Source: Anthoceros angustus (lineage: Eukaryota > Plantae > Anthocerotophyta). From it: 64,000 bases of DNA. Shown here in pieces: positions 54,715 to 64,000 of this stretch (the stretch's first letter is position 1; each line of letters starts with the position of its first letter). The notes beneath the pieces were generated by a model, which saw only the letters and a program-made list of their open reading frames with translations, was not told where the DNA came from and did no database searches. The stretch lies in contig VJWM01000172.1 of assembly GCA_010909165.1 (NCBI GenBank), positions 451,777-515,776 on the forward strand, written 5' to 3'. A program made the position numbers and the translations under genes.

Positions 54715-56680
54715 TTCATCAAGGATTTTGCCAAGAAGGCGGCCTCGCGATTGACCAAGAAGGACATGCCCTTCAAATGGATGAGCGAGGCATGAAGCCT
54801 TCAGCTTGAAGGATAGCTTGGTGGCGCACCAACACTACAACCACCAGATTGGGAAAAACCGTCCATGTACGTGATGTATCACACGCTATTGGGACTATCT
54901 TAAGCCGGGACGAGAAGAAGCGGATCATCCAATTTTCTATCTTTGGCCGGGCAACTTATGGATGCCGAGAGAAATTATTCAACCACCGAGAGGGAAGGTC
55001 TTAGCATCATATACTCTTGTAAGAAGTTTAGACACTACATGCTTGCTTGTAAGGTGACGTTCCATGTCGACCATTTTGTGTTAAAGTACCTTGTGAACAA
55101 GCTAGATTTATCGGGAAGGATTGCTAGGTGGGTCCTGCTGCAAGAGTTTGATTTTGATGTAGAAACCAGGCCAAGGAAGCAACATATGAATGCCAATTTT
55201 GTTGCCGTCGAAAATTGGAAAATGGAAAATGGATTGTCCATCGATGACGCCCCATTTCCGACGAGGAGCTAGTAGCGAAGGCGTTAGGGGAGAGGATCAT
55301 GAGCAAAGTACACATTTGATTGAGGCTGTGCAGCAAGAGGTGTTGCAAGCGGACCAAATGTCTGTGGAAGGGGTTTTGTGCGATTTGCTGCGAGGAGGAC
55401 GATCTAGGAGTTCGAGATGAAGTAAAGAGCAGCAAAGATGGGTGCAAGGAGAGGAGCAAGGTATGCTCTTTAAGTGGAAGGGCTGCAAGTGGAGGCCATA
55501 GTTGGCAAAAGGATGTGGAGAAACAAAGAAATCGCAATTTGAAGGAGGAGAGGTGGCACACACAAAATGGTGTGCCTCATGAGGAGGTGTGCGCTGGAGT
55601 CTAGAAGCGGAGGTAGCTCCGCATTGGTGGTGTATATGGAGAAGGATTGTGGAGAAACCACACCAAAGAGCGTGGGCTCAGCAGACAGAAGTCCACCACG
55701 TCGATTGCGGCTGCCGAAACGCAGCAATGTGAGGAGATCGCTGCTAGAGCGCGATGCAGGGCTAGTCATGAGACTAGGGCATAGAGATGAAGAGGCGTGA
55801 TGGCGCCGAGAGATGAGCAGTCGATGGCTGCGAGTAAGTGCCAGTACCGACGCTGGAAGGAGCTGGTTTTGCAAGCCAAGTAGAGGGCAGGTACAAGACC
55901 GACATCCCTAGTGGGCAAACTAGAGGGGGACGGCGAGGTGTACATGGGAAGAGGAGGTCGAGCGTGAAGGACTCCCATGTCCACGGTATTTGCTAAACGG
56001 TGAGGTACGAAGATTCTTAGAGCACGGATCATGCCTAATGGTTTGTCAAGGGAAGGGCGTGTTGTTCCTTATAAAATCGCCTTATTGTCTACTTAGATGG
56101 GGTCTCATACAAGCTTGGTCCGGATGGGAAGATCAGGTTGTTTGGAAGAGAAGGAAGCTACTCATCATAGAAGCTGCGGTAAGAGGCCGGAGGCCATTAT
56201 TTGGTACAAATTACGATGAAGGAGATCCTAGATGCGGGTGGGCCACGCGCAGAGGGATGTGTGGGATTTTGTTCGAGGTGTGATGCATTCCAACGGGTTG
56301 GGAGGCCGACTTTGTCAACACAATATACTTAGGCATATCCTACCTGGACAAAATGGCTGGCACAACAAGGAAGGATGATGCACCAAGAGTGGTGGCAAAG
56401 TTTTGAGAACATCAGAACCTCGGTATGGGTGTCCTTTGAGCCGCCGATAGGGGAACTCATTTTCTCAACTCGTGATTGAGTCTTTTACCTCCTACCTCAA
56501 TATCCCAGATCGAAAGACAACTCCTTACAATCCCAAGGCAAATGGTTTGACGGAGAACACGAATGGTTTGTTGTGTACAATCTTGACCATCACACTCACA
56601 TGTATGATTGGGACACCAAATTGCATTCATTTAGGTGATGCGGGAGAAGGTGACCACCAAGAAGACTCCCTATTATTTAA
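54715..56680 (+). pseudogene. Ty3/Gypsy pol fragment with deletion in the integrase core
   Basis: QLMDAERNYSTTEREG...RIARWVLLQEFDF; the WGIDFVGP segment is missing near 56325-56360. Confidence 0.88.
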
Positions 56681-57060
56681 CGTCGTAGAAGAGGTCGGGT
56701 TCGATCCTCCCCTTCGAATTTCCCTACGCCAAACCTCAACTCCTCATGAGTTTCGGATGCACAATCTGACTCTATTGATCTATTTGACTTATATGGAGGA
56801 AGTTCTCAAAGCACATGGTGTTTGACCCGGAGGATGAACTAGCTGGGACTCCGTGGGAGTGAATCCCTACCAAGCGCATCCAATATATCATATCGAGCCA
56901 TTTGTGAAATCATTTGAGTAATCCAACGATCTACAACATCCCGGAAGACCAAGCGCTTTCAAAATCTCGATCAATCACTTGAGTTGCAAAGTATTTGAGT
57001 ACCATTTGATCCATCACAAAATATGAATGAGCTATGCATTTATAGTTGAAACTTGGGTAA

Positions 57061-57640
57061 ATATAGACTTGAAGATGGTTTTGTTCTCGATGATATATTA
57101 TGAATTATCGATAAGTTTTTATTTTGTTAGTAAATTATAGTATATTTAATATTGATATTATAACAAAAACATCATCATAAACATCACAAAATATTTCCAA
57201 GAGATATTATGACAATCGGTATAACGTTGTTTTACCATTAACTTATAGAATTATCAAAAACTATACCAAAGATAGATGGAAGATATATTACAAATAACCT
57301 TCTCGATCACTAGATAAAACAACGGAATTTGGCATAAAGGCATAAACATAGTAAATATAGAAAGTGGATAAGAGTAAAAGTAATTATTAGTAGTTTAGGG
57401 TAAAATAATGGGGCATGATAGAAGCAACGATAACTCTTTCTGAGGTAGGATGGATATTAGTAGCGGTGGATCATGCCGGCCTGTACAAATTGGATGTGCA
57501 AAATCTTGGAAATATTGTTTGTGATGTTTATGATGATGTTTTTTATATAATATGAAATATACTATACTACTAACAAAATAAAAAAATTATCGATAATTCA
57601 TAATATATCATCGAGAACAAAACCATCTTCAAGTCTATAT
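57061..57640. repeat. Foldback / MITE-like element
   Basis: Same inverted arms. Confidence 0.9.
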
Positions 57641-57965
57641 ATGTATGGTCCTACACACAAATCACAAATCTATCTTCATATATCTATTTCAATCTACGAA
57701 AGGATTCTCATTTTGTTGTCTACAATGATTCCAAAGTTTCTTGTAGATCTATGGCTATGATGATGTTTGTGATGCTATCTTTGCTTAGCATCAATTTTGT
57801 GTCGACAAGATTGCTAAGAGGTATTATAATTCTTTATATGTGTATTCCATGTATTAAAATTCCATTTTAGATGTATATTATGTTGCTCTCAACTAGCTAG
57901 TTTATGTTGTCGATGTGTTGTTGTTAAACCCCTTGCGGGTTGATGTAGAAAAACAAAGGGAATTC

Positions 57966-58270
57966 GGATCACGTACTTCCCGGTCCCTATCCCCATCCAT
58001 CTCCCCATTTTCACCCTCTGCAGTTTGACTACGACGATTCTCGGTCTAGATCCTCATCCATCTCCCCATTTTACCCTCAGAAGCCGGGACCACACTTAGC
58101 TGGGTCCAGGGATCCTCATCCATCTCCCCATTTTTCCCTCTCTCGCAAGCCGGGACTACGACTTCCTCGGGGATCCTCATCCATCCATCTCCCCATTTTT
58201 TTTTTTCCTCAGTCTTCGAGACTATGTACTTCCTGGTCCAGATCCTCATCCATCACCCCCCCCAAATTTT
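57966..58270. repeat. ~60 bp minisatellite, 5 copies
   Basis: Same core repeat. Confidence 0.88.
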
Positions 58271-58280
58271 GGTATCCCTC

Positions 58281-61200
58281 TGTGGAACGCAAAAGTTTGG
58301 GCAACCAGTCCAAAAAGAGCCAGAGGACAAACAAGTTCGATTTTTTTTTACTAAAGAGGAGCATGTCGGGAAACTTTCTGAGAAGCCTGAAGCTGGAGCT
58401 GTAGGATATTGTTAGGAAGTCGAAGAGGATATCCCAGGAAAAAGGACGGGTCAAAATGACCTCCGCATTTAGTGCGTGGCGGAAAGCGCTGATTCGAAGA
58501 CCACGAGTCAAGGGCATCATCGCCGAGGGCGTGCCAAATAGTGCCAGCACTACACCGGTAGGTCGAGAAAAGTGAGCGTACCACCGCGATGCAGTATAAG
58601 TCGCGCATCATCGCGAAATGAGTCGAGATCTCATGCCAGAAAAGAAATTAATATGAGGGGATATCCACTATATGTATGCTCACCAATAGGGGAATAAATA
58701 TATAGAATACCTATTAGTAGCGATTAATTAATTAGCGATAGCGGGCAGGATAGGAAAATAGGCAGTTTAGATTAGGTAATTTTGAATGATGACCCAAATC
58801 CGTGGTTGTGGAAGCTCTCGGTGGCAAGCATCCATGTATGCAAGTGCGCTGGCTGGGCGCCGCCAACTTCCTCTTCGAAATGAGGCGCCCTCCCTTCGCG
58901 AAAGAGGACCGACCGCCGGAGCGGAGCGGCGGAAAGAGGCGAGAAGAAGAAGAAAAGGAAGTTGCCATTGCTCGCCGCCATCGCGACTTGCGCAAGTGGA
59001 GCTGCCGGCGCGCCTTTCCAACTAACGCGATTGATTTGTGTGTTGGGGAGTGGTCTTGTTTTCTGTCCCCTTTCGTAAGAAGGAGCGCCTAAAGGCGAGG
59101 CCTCGAGACGCCAAATTGGGGCAAGGTACCCTTCCTTCAAGGCACTTGGAGAAAAGCCAGCGCCATGCCTCGAGCTGCGTGGGGAAGGCAAGGAGGCCAT
59201 GCCAGTTAAAGCCTCCTCCTCACGAGGAGGTATGGAAAGAAGGCATGCAGCGAGGGTGCGCCGCTGTGAGGGGTGAAGTCGAGATGCCCCAATTCACTTG
59301 TTTTGCGAGCTTAACCCCATGATTTGGTTGATTTTCGGCAATGAGAGGAGGATAACATCAATTGGGATGGGTGTATGGCCAATGGCCTACACCAATTTGG
59401 AATTGATTGAGGTGTTCATCAATCTCCATCAATCGGAGCAGCCCTTGCCGCGTTCGGAAAGGAATGCTCGAGCGGATCCCTGTTGTGGACGTAGGAGCAT
59501 TGACAGTGTGTATGGAGGCCGGAGGAGGCTCGGAATTGCTCCTCGAGAGGGTCGAATGGAGGAAGAGGACGCCCTCTCGACAACCTTGACATGATGGATG
59601 GAGGTGAAGGCCCATGCCAGAATGGCTGGAAAAGCAGAGCATCAAGGAGCTGAAGTGGAGGCTCTTTGCAAAGATTATGCTGGGGTTGGTGAATTACCAA
59701 GGACTTCTTATTTTGCACCAACTTCCTCCAGTTTTGTGGAAGATTTCCAAAGCCAAGCAGTTAGGGCACCATCATGTATGGGCCTACATCCACCAGGAGA
59801 AGCTCCTCAAGCCAAATTGATTGGATGAGGAAGGGCCAGGCCTTGCTACCTTAGCACCTATTTGGTGCATTTGTGGAAAGCGGAGGACTTCTCACAAGCA
59901 AGGAGTTGGAAGATGCTTGGCATCCTTGGAGATAATCCATCTCCAAGCTTGGAAAGGCCTTGCCTTTTGCATTGAGGAAGGCGGTGGGGAGGTCGGACCT
60001 CCACAAGCATGCAAGGCAGGAGGATGTAGAGGCAACAAGGTTGGGGTGGGAATCTTTTCCCCACAAGGCAAGGAGGAGGAGGAGGAGCGAGGCCGGAAGG
60101 CCGAATGGTGAGTCTATGAGAGGAGGACTACCACGGGAGGGTGACCCCAAGGGTGGGGAGTCCCCACCATCTCATTTGTGCCTAGGAGAGGCACCCGGCA
60201 GCCTACCCGGTGAGAGGCGGCCTACCAGGGGGGGGCGACCGTGGTGGGCGTCGACCTACGGTAGGTAGGCTACCAGTGGGGAGCACCCTCAGTGGCGGCG
60301 CCCAACAGCGGCTGGTAGGGAAGGGAAGGAGAAGCGGTGGCAGGCGCCTAGGCCACTACCGCTTGGAGGAAGAGGCGGATGGAGTGAGAGGGACCCACGC
60401 GTGATGGCCGATGGTGCAAGAGGCTGGAAATTTCCAGCAGAGGCGGGGGGATTGGGACCCCTAGGAGAATTCTTTGAGTGCTTGTGAAGCACTCGGCCAT
60501 GTGGATTGAAGGGGCTAGGGCTAGCTTTGGGCATGTGGGAGGAAGTCAAGGCCCAAGAAAGGACGGAGGAGGCGGGACTAAATGGCAATTGGAGAAGCCA
60601 TGGAGTCCGAGAAGCGCCAAGTGGAAAAGGGCATGGAAAGCTCCAGTGACCTTGTGGAAGAGCGGAGAAGGTCTGGAGGGAAGGTTGTCACAAGCAGAGG
60701 AAGAGCCATTCCGACAACCCCCAGGAAGGCGGAGGAGCATTTTGCCCAATTAGAGCAAGGCGAAGGGCAAAGCAGGCTCTAGGAGAAGGTGGCGGTCCAA
60801 CAAATGGGCCAGAGCGGTGATGGCTACCAAGCCATCAAAAGACATGGCGGAAGAATTGCAGGACAGAACTGGAAGAAAGCGAGGGAGGCTGGAGAGCGAA
60901 GAGTGGCGGGGAGGAAGGAGCTTGCCAAGCAGTGAGCTGGAACAAAGGAGGTTCCAAGGAGGAGCACCACAAGGTGGTGCAGGATCTTGGTGGTGAGGAA
61001 GCGAAGGATTTTGGGCGATTATGCCCCTTGAGGCAGGTGGTGAAGGAAGCAAGGAGGAGAATGTGACCCTCCATGTCAGGTGGGAGAATTGACCACCTGA
61101 GGGGCGCCTACAAGGTAGGTGTGAGGATGGAGAGTGGCCCACGGAGTTGATGATCTCAAATGCAATATCATAGCTTGGGGCTCACCTCCATAATAGGATT

Positions 61201-64000
61201 TTGAAGGCCAACAATGAGGTTGGCCAAGAGGAGGACAATAGGTCCTCATGATGATGCAGGAAGGAGGCAGCAAGTGCGGTGGAGGCCTCAGACTTTGATG
61301 AGGCCATCAGTGACATGGACTCGAGAGGAGGGAGGGAGGCGGAGTGGCGCCAGGGTGGAAGGATGGCGGAGAGCAAGGAGGGGACAGCCCACCTCCCGGG
61401 GGTCACCCTACCACGGTGGTGACCAGCCTACCAGTGGTGCTACCACGTGGTGACTGTGCATATGCTTCTGGGTGGGCAGTGGGGGGCGGCAGGGAGGCGA
61501 GCTTTGGCGAGAGTCAGAGCGGAGGCACAGGCTGAGAAAAGGGGGCCTAGTGACACACCCCGGGGAATAGAAGAGGAGGTGGGAGACAATCCCAGGAGAG
61601 ACAGGCAGGTCCGTTGAGGGAAGGGGAGGGTGAGAATTCCCTCACGGATAAGGAAGAGCAGGGGCCGGGAGAAAAGGCCGGATGCAAAGGGCCGAAGAAG
61701 TTAGACATCGGACGATTGGGGAAGACTGAAATGCTCAAGGTATGGACAAATCAAGCAGGAGGATAGGAGCAAGGAGGATCTCACCCAGAGACATGATGAA
61801 GAAGAGGAAGGAGAAGGATCGGACTACCATGGTAGGTAGTGACCTACCCATGACTGCCAGCAGCGGTGTGGATAAGCAGCGACCGAGGCGGGGAGAAAAG
61901 GCGCCTGGCGGGCGCGATTGCTGGAGGACGGAGGAATGAGCGCCCAGCGGAGATGGGGAAGAGCGAGTACTTGCCACACATTGAAGAGCGGCAAGATCAG
62001 GAAGGGCAGAGCAAAAGGAGGCGGGGGCCAATCCCAGGACACGTCACCACCCGGAGATGAAGAATGGTCAATGACCATAAATGAGCGAAAATAGAAGGAT
62101 AGGTGGTGACATCCTTTAAGGATGTAGGTGAAGTTACTAGAATAGAATTTACCAAGGATCGGACAATAGACTTAGGTGCAGTCTTAAATCTTGGCGGTAG
62201 GAAATAATAGAAAATTGGAAAAGGTGACTGCGGTAGGGTCACCTAAGGAGGTTGTATGTGGAAGGCCTCCTATAAGAGGAGGAGGATTTCACAAAGTAAA
62301 AATATCATGTCTTGCGCTTCCATACTCGAGTCCTTTGCCTTGTAAAGGAATTTCGTGTTTGTGAGCCAACGTCACAGTAGAAGAAGTGGTGGTGAATGCT
62401 TGGTGGAGGACTTGCTCATGCGCCTAACGAGTTGCTCCCTTGTGAATGGTTCTTTGTGAAATTGCTTTGCTTTGGGTGTGTGGCAATGCCGAGAACTCTC
62501 GGCTTGAGGTTGATCCAGGGAAAGACTCCTGGAGGTGCTCGTTGTGGTGTCAAACTCATAGCCCAAGGAAGAACTTCTTGGTGGAGGCCCAGGCGGTTGT
62601 GCCGTGGCGGTCAGTGATGGCCAGGCGAGGTTAGAATAGGAGGAAGGATGAGAGAGAGATGTAGAGGATTAGAGGTGTAGGTGTTAGTGGAAGGCCACGA
62701 GCCTAAGGGCCTAGAATCCCAAATGCAAGTAAAGGCGCTCACAGGTGGAGAAGAGTGGTCTTAGAGTAGGGACGAAGTCGGTGTGGATCGGGGTCCACAG
62801 GCGCCGTGATGCTCCTCATTGCGGCGGGGCACTGCAATTTGTTGTGTCGTTGTAGGTCGAGGATTGGTGATTTTTCGAGCGGCAAATGGGCGGCAGCATG
62901 AGGGAGTGCGCCTTCGTTTAGAAGGCTGAGGTTGTGTCTCGGTAGCGATCGGTTCCACAGACCTCGAACTTTCACACACGGTGGGGCCGAAACCCAAAAC
63001 TGAGGCGGTGGGATAAGTGTGGCCAGCTGGAGTGGGAGATGGAGCCCAGGGTTTTCCCTACACCCTCCCAAGGAAAAACAAGTCTTACCATGGGTCTTGG
63101 GGCATTTCAAGTGCTGTGCACTCAGAGGTGGGGACATGAGAGCGCCCGGTGGCCTAGTCCAAAACCACAGTCAAAAGCTGGCAGATCCAAACAAGCTCAC
63201 GCGGTGGAAGCAGCGTCAACACCAGCCGCCGTGTCAGGGTGTTCAGCATACATCAACTTGTCGCAAGACATCCATGACAATTAGAAGTCTTCATGTAGAA
63301 CTCTCTTTCCTTAGTAGGATCAAAAGCTTCACTCTACATTTTGATCCGACTTGTTACTTCCGTAGCCCATGGGATGTAGCCCACCACTATCTTCGTGTTT
63401 CAACATGTATGTATGACCTATATGGGGATTGATTGGATCAAAGTTAACGAGTGGAATTGCCATCTTCTGGATGCACCATTCTTTGTCAGTAGCTGTTGAA
63501 GATGCATATCTCCCTCAAGGTCCTTTCTAAAGGGCGGTTACCACGGCGTGACGAACAATTGTGGAATACGCGACTTTTCTTGTGGCCGTCGCACAATCCG
63601 TCGTTGTAGGAAGGAGTTCGTTCCCAAGGGAATAGCCAGACTCCGTTGCTGTTTGAGCGATTCTCGTCTTATTCGATCCCAACGCACACTCCTTAGTTCA
63701 CGTCTAACTACTCGCGACAAACGCCGGGCGGTATGGCCAAGCGTTTGAGACCCGTTCGCGTCCGTTTCGTTCCGTTCGTCTCACCTCTCGTCCACTCCTC
63801 TCTCCACTCACTACCTTATCGGTCTTAAGAAAAGGCCAGCGCGGGTTACGATCCGGACCTCCTCCGTTCCACGGGCCTCTCCGTCCGGGCTGCCTGCGCC
63901 CTCAAAGTCCCTCCGGCTCCCGTTCGGTCCGGTTAGGTATAATAAAATTTAATTTTAGGATCACTTATCGCTAGCAAACTCCATAATATCATGAGCTCAG
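58281..64000. mobile_element. Non-array sequence, possibly one end of an LTR retrotransposon with accessory ORFs
   Basis: Sharp junction GGTATCCCTC|TGTGGAAC starting with TG; degenerate ORFs follow; no gag/pol, PBS or second LTR seen in the window. Confidence 0.4.
59300..61940 (+). pseudogene. Frameshifted ORF of unknown function: globular N-terminal part, then E/K/R-rich coiled-coil and low-complexity part (TE accessory-ORF like)
   Basis: Joinable fragments: PMAYTNLELIEVFINLH, KELKWRLFAKIMLGLVNYQG, HVWAYIHQEKLL, PCYLSTYLVHLWKA, AMESEKRQVEKGME..LEGRLSQAEEE; strong purine bias on +. Confidence 0.5.

Larger units (their letters stand above)
1..58280 (+). repeat. Tandem megasatellite, ~4.8-4.9 kb unit, 10 complete units plus a partial one, built around a Ty3/Gypsy pol fragment
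   Basis: Landmark CCAAGAATAAGAAGTTGGT recurs at ~7660, 12871, 17817, 24707, 29643, 34493, 39297, 44113, 48861 and 53782; all modules recur in the same order and orientation. Confidence 0.97.

Noticed and set aside
7660-58280. rDNA or histone-type tandem gene array, and the many short antisense ORFs in the track
   Set aside because: No rRNA, tRNA or histone sequence recognised; the short ORFs are off-frame or antisense shadows of the pol fragment.
59300-63800. LINE ORF1/ORF2 on the - strand
   Set aside because: No endonuclease, RT (YADD) or zinc-knuckle motif found; the + strand reads better as coding for 59300-61940.

Overview
Plant-type, transposon-derived DNA with no recognisable host gene. 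Positions 1-58280 are a head-to-tail array of a ~4.8-4.9 kb unit (10 complete units plus a partial one). Each unit holds a 5-6 x ~60 bp minisatellite, a diverged ~190 bp duplication, a Ty3/Gypsy pol fragment on the + strand (RT connection, RNase H, long linker, integrase; no gag, protease, RT palm or LTR recognised) and a ~600 bp AT-rich foldback with ~145 bp inverted arms. A full-length Ty1/Copia element interrupts the array (851-6681, - strand, short LTRs, TATTG target-site duplication, tRNA-iMet PBS). A ~2 kb non-array segment also interrupts it (17851-19890). At 58281 the array gives way to unrelated sequence that starts with TG and carries degenerate TE-like accessory ORFs. Differences between units cluster at CAG/CTG/CCG sites, which suggests methylation-induced long-read basecalling error, so many frameshifts may be artefacts. 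Coordinates were read by eye and are approximate except at quoted junctions.
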